The notes below the pieces were generated by a model. It had not been told where the DNA came from. It searched no databases and was given only the letters and a program-made list of their open reading frames with translations. Position numbers and translations under genes: made by a program. 64,000 nt of DNA from Pseudomonadales bacterium (GTDB lineage: Bacteria > Patescibacteriota > Microgenomatia > UBA1400 > PJMF01), in the NCBI GenBank assembly GCA_020632235.1, contig JACKFY010000004.1, positions 4,811-68,810 on the forward strand. Direction: 5' to 3'. Each line of letters starts with the position of its first letter. The first letter of the stretch is position 1. This document shows positions 44,359 to 53,300 of this stretch, one piece after another.

Positions 44359-44889
44359 CTAATACTGCGCAAACTCTCGGCGTAGCGTTACTTCACGCTC
44401 CTGCGTACCAATGCGCCAGGTGGTTGTCACCAACACCGTGATAGTGCTGCCAGTATTTTCTTCAACTTCTAGCTCTCGGGTAAACTCTGCTCGCAGGTCA
44501 TCATCCATCAAAAATGAACAGGTGTATGCCTGTTGACCAAATGGTGACGTCCAATTAATAAATGCATCTTCTTGTAAAGAGCCATCATCTGTCAAACAAA
44601 TAGTTTGACTTTCTGGTAGTTCATCTGAAAATGCCTGCCAACCATACACGGCACGCGATCGCTGTAGATACTCCATCACGTGTTGTGACTTGGCAGTTGC
44701 TACCTCGCGCATGCGCGCCTCGGCCGAGTTCCGCACACTTTGGGTGAGCACCATAGCAATACCTGTCAACATAATGCCAGAAATAGCCACCGCCACCAAT
44801 ACTTCTATCAGGCCGATGCCAGCTGAGTGGCGTTTTAGTCGAGCAACACGGTCTTTAAAGATCATGGAGATTCCCCTCAGAAGTAACAC
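44359..44889 (-). CDS. Pseudopilin / minor type IV pilin
   Basis: RHSAGIGLIEVLVAVAISGIML variant prepilin motif (G-IGLIE). Confidence 0.65.
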   Translation of the reverse strand: MLLLRGISMIFKDRVARLKRHSAGIGLIEVLVAVAISGIMLTGIAMVLTQSVRNSAEARMREVATAKSQHVMEYLQRSRAVYGWQAFSDELPESQTICLTDDGSLQEDAFINWTSPFGQQAYTCSFLMDDDLRAEFTRELEVEENTGSTITVLVTTTWRIGTQEREVTLRREFAQY

Positions 44890-45442
44890 CTCTACTTCCT
44901 ACCGCAAATGAGTACTCAAGCGTGTCAGACTGCAGACGCACAACACCACCAGAACCAGGTAGGTTGATAACAACATCTAGACCGTCAACAAGGTACTGCA
45001 CATTTCCTGTAGTATGCAGTGTTGCCAGTCCATCAAAATCTACAAAAACCAAATTATCGTATAACACAACAGCGCCGCCTTCCACACAAGACGCATGCAG
45101 TGCTGCACTACTTCCCGAAAGACTTACTTCATACCCAAGTAGTTGGTCGCCTACATCAAGGCAGTCTCTAGGCGTATCCATCGCTTGCACTCTGCGCTGT
45201 GCCTCAAGAAACAGCCCTCGCACCTCTTCCCCAACAGCCCCTACTTTCCTACGCTCGTTAAATGAAATGTACCCCACCAACCCTCCACCTATCAAAACAG
45301 CAGAGATGGCTATGACCACCATCAGTTCGATAAGAGTAAAGCCCCCTCGATGTAAAGAAAAAACATTACTGGCTGGTCGCACAGTAGTACCCTCCGCTAC
45401 CTGCCATATTGCAAACATTATTGCTGTTGCTTTTGTCATCAT
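44855..45442 (-). CDS. Pseudopilin / minor type IV pilin
   Basis: LHRGGFTLIELMVVIAISAVLIGG prepilin motif. The leader is long as called, so the true start may be internal. Confidence 0.65.
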   Translation of the reverse strand: MMTKATAIMFAIWQVAEGTTVRPASNVFSLHRGGFTLIELMVVIAISAVLIGGGLVGYISFNERRKVGAVGEEVRGLFLEAQRRVQAMDTPRDCLDVGDQLLGYEVSLSGSSAALHASCVEGGAVVLYDNLVFVDFDGLATLHTTGNVQYLVDGLDVVINLPGSGGVVRLQSDTLEYSFAVGSRGVTSEGNLHDL

Positions 45443-45788
45443 TTTCTAGATCAGCGCAGAGACAGTACACACCACCAACAGAATAAGAGTAATGATAGGG
45501 AGTTGTTGCTCCTGGGTCAACAGGATAGGGATTACTGAGATACCCACCACTTACAAGTTGTACAACCATATTGACATACCCATTATTTATAGCAATAGGG
45601 TACCCTCCTTCTTCAGATCGATACAGTGCTAACGCCTGGCGTACTGCTTCGATGTCTGCCATGCGCTTGCTGTCACGACTGGCTTTACTCGCGTTGCTGT
45701 ATGACACAAAGCCGATGCCCATCAGTACGGCAATGATGGTCACGGTCACGAGTAGCTCAATCAGGGTAAAACCACGTTGTTGTTTCAT
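45366..45788 (-). CDS. Type IV pilin (GspG/PilA-like)
   Basis: MKQQRGFTLIELLVTVTIIAVLMGIG followed by the ASRDSKRMADIEAVRQALALY pilin block. Confidence 0.8.
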   Translation of the reverse strand: MKQQRGFTLIELLVTVTIIAVLMGIGFVSYSNASKASRDSKRMADIEAVRQALALYRSEEGGYPIAINNGYVNMVVQLVSGGYLSNPYPVDPGATTPYHYSYSVGGVYCLCADLENDDKSNSNNVCNMAGSGGYYCATSQ

Positions 45789-45809
45789 ACCGATGCCCTA
45801 CGCTACCTA

Positions 45810-46241
45810 CTACTGCAAGTTTTTGACACAAAATGCAGAGCCGTCACTCCCACTTGTAAAGCTACAACCAGCATCTGCATTTCCATTTCTGTTTTCTAAC
45901 GCAGCACATGCGCAGTAGTCATATGCTGCACCAGTACCTGTACTCGCGCAGCTGTACACAAATACCCCTGTATTCTTTGGATCTTGAGGGTTTGCCGGCA
46001 ATTCTTCGGAAAGCACGGACGCAGAGCAATCACGAGCATACTCACCATTCACCGCGTAGTACTGCTCTTGGGCAGTTTGGATAGCCTTCATGTCAGCCCG
46101 GCGCTTGGCGTCTCTGGTGCCCTTTTGGGCATTGGTGTAGGCCGCCATTCCCATCGCCATCAAGATACCGATGATAGACACCACTACCAATAGCTCAATC
46201 AGGGTAAAACCACGCATGGATGAGAGTAATTTTTTATGCAT
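45810..46241 (-). CDS. Type IV pilin (GspG/PilA-like) with a Cys-rich C-terminus
   Basis: MHKKLLSSMRGFTLIELLVVVSIIGILMAMG followed by the TRDAKRRADMKAIQTAQEQYY block. Confidence 0.8.
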   Translation of the reverse strand: MHKKLLSSMRGFTLIELLVVVSIIGILMAMGMAAYTNAQKGTRDAKRRADMKAIQTAQEQYYAVNGEYARDCSASVLSEELPANPQDPKNTGVFVYSCASTGTGAAYDYCACAALENRNGNADAGCSFTSGSDGSAFCVKNLQ

Positions 46242-46293
46242 ATAAACCAGCATAGACTACTGGTTTCCGTCGCGCAACTAGCACCAGAAAAAC

Positions 46294-46872
46294 TCACTCC
46301 GTCAAAGCATCACGGGAGGAAGAAAGCTCTGAACCATCCCACACAATAAAGATATGTTTTTGAAAAAAACGAGTCCATTGCGGCAGGTTTTTGTAGAGCG
46401 TTTCAAATGAGACAAGCTCTAGAAAGGATGGCTCGTCACCAAGTACGAGAGAATCGGAGTCTAACACAGCAAAAAGGCTGGGAGGCAACTCACCCTCATA
46501 CACTGTTTGTCTGTTTTGTGCATACGGATAGCACTCTGCCTGGATCAAAAACTGGCGCTCGTCTTCAAACACAACCGAGTACTGTGTTGACACAGGGCTA
46601 AAGGTGTACTCAGAGTTAGTGGTCAGGTCTCGCAGGTACTCAGAGCAAGACTCCACACCACTGCTTTGGGCAGTCGTAATACTATCTATAAATGAGCGGA
46701 TGCCAAAAGAAAAAATTACTTGCTGTGTCAGAAAAAATACGACAATACTACCAACGCTAAGACACGCTATCCAAAACAAAACATATCGCAGTACACGCAT
46801 GTCAAAAGTATGCAAAAGAAAGCCAGGGTCGTCAAGTATGTGCCCTACATACCAAGCTGTGAAAGATACCAC
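46294..46872 (-). CDS. Hypothetical membrane-anchored protein within the pilus locus
   Basis: The internal Met MRVLRYVLFWIACLSVGSIVVFFL gives a single TM. No motif recognised. Confidence 0.35.
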   Translation of the reverse strand: MVSFTAWYVGHILDDPGFLLHTFDMRVLRYVLFWIACLSVGSIVVFFLTQQVIFSFGIRSFIDSITTAQSSGVESCSEYLRDLTTNSEYTFSPVSTQYSVVFEDERQFLIQAECYPYAQNRQTVYEGELPPSLFAVLDSDSLVLGDEPSFLELVSFETLYKNLPQWTRFFQKHIFIVWDGSELSSSRDALTE

Positions 46873-47699
46873 CCCAACAGCGTGTCACCCCATAGTAGAG
46901 AAAACACTGCCCCAGCAATAAGAAATGGCCCAAACGGTACTGCATACTTCATCGTTTTCTTGCCACAAACCATCAATAACACACCAACAACTGCACCGCT
47001 CACAAATGCTACAAAGAGGAGCGCCACCACCTGTGGCCAACCAACAAGTAAGGCCAGAGGCACCATCAACTTAACGTCACCAAAACCAATACCTTTGCCA
47101 CGAGTTGCGTGCCACAAGATAAAAAGAAAACCGCTGCCTACCAGTGCTGCCAAAGCCAGTTGTATGTAGTCTGTTGGCTGCATAATACCAGCTGCGGTCA
47201 AAGCGGTGCGATAGCACAGCGCCAGTACCAAGAGAAGAGCACTCAAGACGTCAGGAATAATGTAGTGCTGCATATCTATCACCACAATCAAGCACAGCAC
47301 TACCCCCACGCACAGCCAAAATAACGGCTGGACCACCTGGAATGGGTTTTGCGATAGCTGAAAAAACAACGAGCCAACCAAGTACCACCACACAAAAAGC
47401 GAACCCATCAAGACCTCTACCACGGGGTGGGTTATGTCTATAGGCTTTTTACACACGCTGCATCTGCCGCCAAGCATCACAAAAGAGAGTAGGGGAATGT
47501 TTTCGTACCAAGTAATAGTATGGTTACAGTGCTCGCAGTGCGAACGCCCCACTTTCCAGCTTTCGCCACTCAGTGTTCGGTACACCACTACGTTTAAAAA
47601 ACTCCCGATAGCAGCACCCAGAAAAAATAACAATACACAGACAAACAACATAGTTAGCATAGTCGTAGCATACAGTAGTGGAGGAGGGGAGAGCAACAA
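46845..47699 (-). CDS. pilD: Prepilin peptidase (A24 family)
   Basis: N-terminal CxxC...CxxC tetracysteine (CEHCNH...CSVC) and a multi-TM body with a conserved Asp region. 284 aa. Confidence 0.85.
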   Translation of the reverse strand: MLLSPPPLLYATTMLTMLFVCVLLFFLGAAIGSFLNVVVYRTLSGESWKVGRSHCEHCNHTITWYENIPLLSFVMLGGRCSVCKKPIDITHPVVEVLMGSLFVWWYLVGSLFFQLSQNPFQVVQPLFWLCVGVVLCLIVVIDMQHYIIPDVLSALLLVLALCYRTALTAAGIMQPTDYIQLALAALVGSGFLFILWHATRGKGIGFGDVKLMVPLALLVGWPQVVALLFVAFVSGAVVGVLLMVCGKKTMKYAVPFGPFLIAGAVFSLLWGDTLLGWYLSQLGM

Positions 47700-47704
47700 A
47701 AAAA

Positions 47705-47753
47705 CCCCTCACCTTGCTTTCTGGTCCAGTCGGCCAGACCACAAGGTGAGGGG
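47705..47753 (-). terminator. Rho-independent terminator/attenuator after the pilin gene. It is a near-identical inverted copy of the rplT terminator.
   Basis: The minus-strand transcript reads CCCCTCACCTTGTGGTCTGGCCGACTGGACCAGAAAGCAAGGTGAGGGG-TTTTTTT. It differs from 17656-17705 by two nucleotides. Confidence 0.7.
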
Positions 47754-47759
47754 AAGTAA

Positions 47760-48341
47760 CTATGGCAAGCAAATAAGCTCATTGCCATCATCGCAGATCA
47801 TACTTTCTGCAGTTTGCCCTACGTCTCCTGGTAAACCTGCATCACACCGCTCTATAGCTTGCGTCTTAAATGCTTGTGACTGTGGCTCAAAACATACATA
47901 GGTAGCGTCACCTGTGCCACCTTCATTGTACACATAGAGAGGTCGAGCGTCAGGATCACTTACCCTCGTTATAAACGTTGATTTTAGCTCATCTGTGCCA
48001 TCACAGGATGCTCCATCACCACCAGCCAATTTTTCAAGTATGCTACACCCAGCACCATCATCAACATTCTCAATTTCAACAAGAGCTGACACAGGGTTGG
48101 CCGTATCATTTGCATCTTCTAGCCAAGGGTAGTAGCCTTTGAAGGCATTATACCTATCCACAGCACTAATAAGTTGCTCTGCATCAGACTGAGAGCTGGT
48201 GTCACGACCTCTGTTGATCTGCTCGACTGGATTGATAGCTGCCAAGACGGCAACTGCCAAAATACCTAAGATAGAGATCACGATCAAAAGCTCAATCATG
48301 GTAAAACCTGCTTGTTTTCTCAGTTTCTGAAGAAATTTCAT
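47760..48341 (-). CDS. Type IV pilin, candidate major pilin
   Basis: MKFLQKLRKQAGFTMIELLIVISILGILAVAV prepilin motif. It is followed by a strong terminator and is the first pilin after pilB/T/C. Confidence 0.8.
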   Translation of the reverse strand: MKFLQKLRKQAGFTMIELLIVISILGILAVAVLAAINPVEQINRGRDTSSQSDAEQLISAVDRYNAFKGYYPWLEDANDTANPVSALVEIENVDDGAGCSILEKLAGGDGASCDGTDELKSTFITRVSDPDARPLYVYNEGGTGDATYVCFEPQSQAFKTQAIERCDAGLPGDVGQTAESMICDDGNELICLP

Positions 48342-48422
48342 ACTCGTTTCCTTTTGTATTGTTACTAATACATACTTCACTCTACAGCATTCTTCAAGAG
48401 TAATGCAAGAGCTAAAAATAGT

Positions 48423-49625
48423 CTAAAACTGCGAGGTCAGGCTGTAGATAGGCATAATGACTGCAATCACCATCAGCCCCACCCCAATGCCCAGCACGAT
48501 CATGATCATTGGCTCGATAGCAGCAGTCATGTTACGCACTGCCTGCTCACTTTCCGACTCAAAGTATTCAGATACTTTGGTCAAGATCTCGTCAAGCTTG
48601 CCTGTTTCTTCACCCACGCGGATCATCTGGTACAAAATGGGAGGGAAGAGCTCAAATCGCTCAAGAGCGGTACTGAGTGCCACACCCTTTTCTACCTCAT
48701 CTGCCGCTTGCCCCAACGCCTCACGATACAGCACGTTGTTGATGCCTTCCGTTACGATATCAAGTGCTTTGAGCAGTGAAATACCTGCTCCTAACAACAG
48801 CGCAATCGTGCGTGCAAACTCGGTGAGGATAATTTTTTTCATCAAGTCACCAAAAATAGGGAGACGGAGCACTGTCTGGGCTATCAGTCTCTGGCCTGCC
48901 TCGGTATTTTTCCAGCGGGTAAAAAACCCTATTCCTATAGCCAAAAGCGCAAGAAAGATCCATTTATACTGTACTAAAAAGTTGGAAGAGCCAATCAATA
49001 TTTTGGTAGGAAGGGGGAGCTCAGCACCAAAGTCTTCATACATAGCGGTCATCTGCGGGATAACAAAAATCATCATGATAAACCCCACCACTATCATCGC
49101 TATCACCACAATAGCAGGATAGATCATCGCTCCCTTGGTTTTTGAGCGAAATTCATGTGACTTTTCTAGATTGATGGCAAGCCTATCAAGCACCTGGTCC
49201 ATCACACCGCCCGTCTCACCTGCATTTACTAGTTGCACATACAGCCGAGAAAATACTTTTGGATGCTTGCCCAGCGCCTCGCTAAAGGTCATGCCGCCCT
49301 CAACATCTTGCAAAATAGTAGCAATGAGGGCGGCAAACTCACCTTTGTTTTGGCGCACCAAGATAGAAAGCGCACTCGCCAGGGGCAATCCTGCCGTGAT
49401 CATTGTTGAAAGTTGCCTGGTAAAGCGCACCACTTCTGCTGTCTTGATGCCACCACTAATATTTTTCAAGAAAGCAAACGAAGAAGAGGTGAGGGGAGTC
49501 AGCTTGATAAGCAGCAGGCCCCTATTGGTAATCTCAATGGCCGCATGACGCTCTGTCTGGGCTTCTACCTTTCCCTTGACTATGTTGCCAAAGGTATTTT
49601 TGGCAGTGTAGTTAAAAAATGGCAT
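48423..49625 (-). CDS. pilC: Type IV pilus platform protein PilC (GspF family)
   Basis: A 400-aa protein with duplicated GspF domains and three TM helices. Confidence 0.9.
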   Translation of the reverse strand: MPFFNYTAKNTFGNIVKGKVEAQTERHAAIEITNRGLLLIKLTPLTSSSFAFLKNISGGIKTAEVVRFTRQLSTMITAGLPLASALSILVRQNKGEFAALIATILQDVEGGMTFSEALGKHPKVFSRLYVQLVNAGETGGVMDQVLDRLAINLEKSHEFRSKTKGAMIYPAIVVIAMIVVGFIMMIFVIPQMTAMYEDFGAELPLPTKILIGSSNFLVQYKWIFLALLAIGIGFFTRWKNTEAGQRLIAQTVLRLPIFGDLMKKIILTEFARTIALLLGAGISLLKALDIVTEGINNVLYREALGQAADEVEKGVALSTALERFELFPPILYQMIRVGEETGKLDEILTKVSEYFESESEQAVRNMTAAIEPMIMIVLGIGVGLMVIAVIMPIYSLTSQF

Positions 49626-49628
49626 TAC

Positions 49629-50702
49629 CTACTCTTTCACTTGACTTGTTTTGTTAAGCAATCTATCCATATCGTCTTTACGAAATGAGTACTCTTGGGC
49701 AACCAGCGACGAAATACTACCCTGCTGCACTAGTGTCTGCAGGTGGGTTTCCAAAAGCATCATCTGCTTGCTGGCAGACGTCTGGATAACATTATCAATT
49801 TGGTAGGTCTTTGCCTCGCGGATTAAGTTGCGAATAGCAGGCGTTCCCAACATAACTTCGAGGGCTGCAGTACGCTTGCCATTCAAGGTCGGCACCAGCC
49901 GTTGTGACACAATGGCTTGTACAGTAGAGGCAAGCTGCTGGCGCACCTGAGACTGCTGGGCAGCAGGAAAGACATCGATGATACGGTCTATGGTCTGGGC
50001 TGCAGTGGCCGTGTGAAGCGTGGCAAACACCAGGTGGCCCGTTTCTGCCACCGTGATGGCAGAGGCAATTGTTTCAAAATCACGCATTTCGCCCACCAAC
50101 ACCACATCGGGGTCTTCGCGCAGAGCAGATTTGAGTGCAATATCCCACCCGTGAGTATCTTGGGTTATCTCCCGCTGAGAAATAACACTTTTTTGTGGCT
50201 CGTACACAAACTCAATTGGGTCTTCAATGGTCAAGATATGCTCAGCACGCGCATGATTAATCTCGTTGATGATCGCCGCCAAACTGGTCGACTTTCCTTC
50301 ACCCGTAGGGCCAGTGATCAAGATAATACCTTGTTTGTACTGAGTAAAGTCATGAAACACTTTGGGTAGGTGTAACTCTTCGAGTGTCTTTATTCTATTG
50401 GGAATGAGGCGCAAAGCAGCAGAGAGTCCCCCTTGCGACAAATACACATTAACGCGAAATCTTCCCTTATCCAAGTACTGGTAGGCAAAATCAAGCTCTT
50501 TGTTGACCTCCACATAGTCTTTTTGCTCTTGGGTTAACAAAGGGTGAATGAGCGTCTCACTCTGCTTTTCTGTCAAAACAGGTGCCCCATCGACTGGCTT
50601 GAGAACACCCTCTACTCGAATAGTAGGCGGACTCCCAGGCACAATATGAATGTCAGAGCCTTCGCTATCGATCAGTTGTTGGAGTATGTCAAATGTGTTC
50701 AT
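49629..50702 (-). CDS. pilT: Twitching-motility (retraction) ATPase PilT
   Basis: Walker A GPTGEGKSTSL, His box, and the 357-aa length typical of PilT. Confidence 0.85.
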   Translation of the reverse strand: MNTFDILQQLIDSEGSDIHIVPGSPPTIRVEGVLKPVDGAPVLTEKQSETLIHPLLTQEQKDYVEVNKELDFAYQYLDKGRFRVNVYLSQGGLSAALRLIPNRIKTLEELHLPKVFHDFTQYKQGIILITGPTGEGKSTSLAAIINEINHARAEHILTIEDPIEFVYEPQKSVISQREITQDTHGWDIALKSALREDPDVVLVGEMRDFETIASAITVAETGHLVFATLHTATAAQTIDRIIDVFPAAQQSQVRQQLASTVQAIVSQRLVPTLNGKRTAALEVMLGTPAIRNLIREAKTYQIDNVIQTSASKQMMLLETHLQTLVQQGSISSLVAQEYSFRKDDMDRLLNKTSQVKE

Positions 50703-50735
50703 CGTGGGCTTTCTTGCTGTTCTTGATACACCTAT

Positions 50736-52511
50736 CTAAATTTGTGCTACCCTGAGTACTTCCTCTATTGTGGTAATGCCTTCAAGTGCTTTGAGATACC
50801 CGTCTTGCTTCATCAACAACATACCATCTTTTATTGCAAGTTCTTCTAGTTCGCTGGCAGGCTTTTGTTGCATGATACACTTGCCTATCTCTTCGGTAAT
50901 ATTCATGACCTCAAAAATAGCTACTCGACCTTTGTACTCTGGCTCTGTTTCTGGTCGCTCCTTTTTGGCCCGGTACAGTTTAATAGCGTCTGGTGTCACG
51001 TTGTGCTGCTGACACCATAAGCCAAGTCTCTCTCCCAGTACCGAGCGAATGTCATCAACCACTGCTTTCTCTGGTGTGTACTGCTCTGTGTACTCGGGGT
51101 TAATACGTCGTAAAACACGCTGCGCCATGGTCAATGTCATCGAAGACGCAAGTAAAAATGGCTCGGCGCCCATATCCATCAGGCGAGGAATAGCGCCCGC
51201 AGCAGATGAGGTATGAAGGGTCGAGAACACCAAGTGGCCAGTCAGTGAGGCTTGAATAGCCAGCTCTGCTGTTTCACTGTCACGGATCTCTCCTACCATG
51301 ATAATGTTGGGGTCTTGGCGCAAGAACGAGCGCAGGCCAGAGGCAAACGTCAGGCCTGCTTGTGGGTTGGTCTGCACCTGGTTGATACCTACCATTTGGT
51401 ACTCAACAGGGTCTTCAAGCGTCATGATATTCACTTTTGGCGAGTTGATGGTGTGCAAAACAGAGTAGAGTGTGGTCGTTTTTCCAGAACCAGTTGGGCC
51501 GGTCACCAGGATAATGCCGTGCGGCACCTTGATGGCATCTTGTACGTGGTTGAGTGCCAACCCAGTAAGCCCAAGTTGCTCAAGAGACGGCACCGTTGCA
51601 TCTTTTTTCAACAGACGCATTACGATTTTCTCTCCATCAACAGTGGGCAACGTCGAGACGCGAAGGTCAACTTCTTGATCGCCAGCAGTAAAGGTAAACC
51701 TGCCGTCTTGCGGCACGCGCTTTTCATCTATTTTTAAACCAGACAAAATCTTGATGCGTGACACCACCGCCTCGTGCACACTCGCGGGCAGAATAAGTTT
51801 TTCTGCCAGAATGCCATCAATGCGGTAGCGCACTCTCGTTTTTTCTTCTTGTGGCTCGATATGAATGTCAGACGCGCGGGCTTTGATAGCAAACTCTACA
51901 ATGGTCTCGACAATCTTGGTGATTGGTGCCTGACGAATTGTTTCGCCAGACAGTGACGAGAAGTTTTGCTCTTGTTTTTTTGTTTCTTGTATTTGACTGG
52001 TTTGTTCAAGTGCGGCAGAAACTTCATTTGACAAATTTTGAGAGTACCGCTCGGCTATCAAACGCTCTATCTCTGATTTACTTGCATAGTGAGCAAGAAT
52101 GCGAAACCCACTTTTTTGCTCGGCAAAATCGATAGCCAGTACGTCAAGCGGATCAACCATCGCCACCGATAGTTGTTTTTTCTCACCGTCAACAGCAAAC
52201 GGCAGCATCTGGTACTGCTGGGCAACTGACTCGGGTAAAGCCGAAAGCGCCTCTGGCGAAACACCGGTGCTTGCAATCGCCACAAACGGCACGTTGTGAA
52301 AGGTACTCTTGGCTCTGGCGATGTCTTCTTCGCTGGCAAGAGATTTCTCTCTGAGCACATCATCTGGTTTTTTGCCTGTCTGGATCGTTTCAAGCGTAAT
52401 CAAGTTAACGTCATCAGCAGTTATCACGCCCTGTGCAACCAATACATCCAAGATTGAGGAGTAGGCTCCAGGGGCAGCTGGTGAGGATGATTGGGCAGGT
52501 TGATTCATCAC
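50736..52511 (-). CDS. pilB: Type IV pilus assembly ATPase PilB (GspE family)
   Basis: N-terminal GSPII_E_N-like domain, Walker A GPTGSGKTTTL, and a CxxC tetracysteine. Confidence 0.9.
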   Translation of the reverse strand: MMNQPAQSSSPAAPGAYSSILDVLVAQGVITADDVNLITLETIQTGKKPDDVLREKSLASEEDIARAKSTFHNVPFVAIASTGVSPEALSALPESVAQQYQMLPFAVDGEKKQLSVAMVDPLDVLAIDFAEQKSGFRILAHYASKSEIERLIAERYSQNLSNEVSAALEQTSQIQETKKQEQNFSSLSGETIRQAPITKIVETIVEFAIKARASDIHIEPQEEKTRVRYRIDGILAEKLILPASVHEAVVSRIKILSGLKIDEKRVPQDGRFTFTAGDQEVDLRVSTLPTVDGEKIVMRLLKKDATVPSLEQLGLTGLALNHVQDAIKVPHGIILVTGPTGSGKTTTLYSVLHTINSPKVNIMTLEDPVEYQMVGINQVQTNPQAGLTFASGLRSFLRQDPNIIMVGEIRDSETAELAIQASLTGHLVFSTLHTSSAAGAIPRLMDMGAEPFLLASSMTLTMAQRVLRRINPEYTEQYTPEKAVVDDIRSVLGERLGLWCQQHNVTPDAIKLYRAKKERPETEPEYKGRVAIFEVMNITEEIGKCIMQQKPASELEELAIKDGMLLMKQDGYLKALEGITTIEEVLRVAQI

Positions 52512-52581
52512 AAAGCACCACTATTATTAGCACAAACACTCCAAGAGATGAAGTGCTGATATACTGCATGCTAGAAACCGT

Positions 52582-53250
52582 ATGATACCCCTTACACAAA
52601 GCATGCTGTGCGTGTATGACACCAGCAACACAGAGCAACAAAAACAAACACTTCTCTCACAGTGCATACCTGCGCGCGCGCATACTTCTTGGTATGGAGC
52701 AGACGACACAATCAAGATCAAACACGTGCGAGAGCTTCAACAAGCCAGCTCGTACAGCGCCCAAGCAAACCAACCGCATGTTATGGTGCTCCACAACATC
52801 GATGCCGCGTCTCTGCCTGCCCAAAACGCCCTTCTCAAACTAGTAGAAGAACCACCCCCCCATGTCTACCTTGTCTTGACTGCCACCAAGCGCTCGGACG
52901 TTTTACCCACCCTCCAGTCGCGCTGCATAACTCACACCATTGCTATAGATACTTCACAAAAAAAAGATAATGGGGCGCCCGCAACCACACTCTACCAAGA
53001 CATCATGCAGTCTTCACATGGCCAATTGGTACTACTCGCAGCCCAGTACAAAGAAAGAGACGCAGCGCGCACAGTGGTGAATGATCTGCTATCGTATGTT
53101 GTACACCAACTGGAAAAAACTACGGGTGAAACCAAGCAACTAATCAAGCAGAGTCAAGCTCTTGATGCTGCTTGCTCCAAACTTGATGCGAACACAAACG
53201 TCTTATTGACACTAGAATCGTGTTTTTTTTCTATGATTGATGCCCCCTAG
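52582..53250 (+). CDS. DNA polymerase III delta-prime-like subunit (short, no P-loop)
   Basis: NALLKLVEEPPPHVYLVLTATKRSDVLPTLQSRC matches the clamp-loader sensor region. Only 222 aa. Confidence 0.55.
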   Translation: MIPLTQSMLCVYDTSNTEQQKQTLLSQCIPARAHTSWYGADDTIKIKHVRELQQASSYSAQANQPHVMVLHNIDAASLPAQNALLKLVEEPPPHVYLVLTATKRSDVLPTLQSRCITHTIAIDTSQKKDNGAPATTLYQDIMQSSHGQLVLLAAQYKERDAARTVVNDLLSYVVHQLEKTTGETKQLIKQSQALDAACSKLDANTNVLLTLESCFFSMIDAP

Positions 53251-53300
53251 CTTTGCAACTGGGTGTGGGGTGTGATATAAGTAGCTCTTCAAAGCATACT

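Noticed and set aside
38150-44360. Hairpin arrays at 38.15-38.35 kb and 43.95-44.36 kb considered as CRISPR arrays
   Set aside because: The repeats are not identical direct repeats with regular unique spacers, and no cas genes are nearby. Homology runs across repeat and spacer together, which fits structured RNA or REP-like elements instead.
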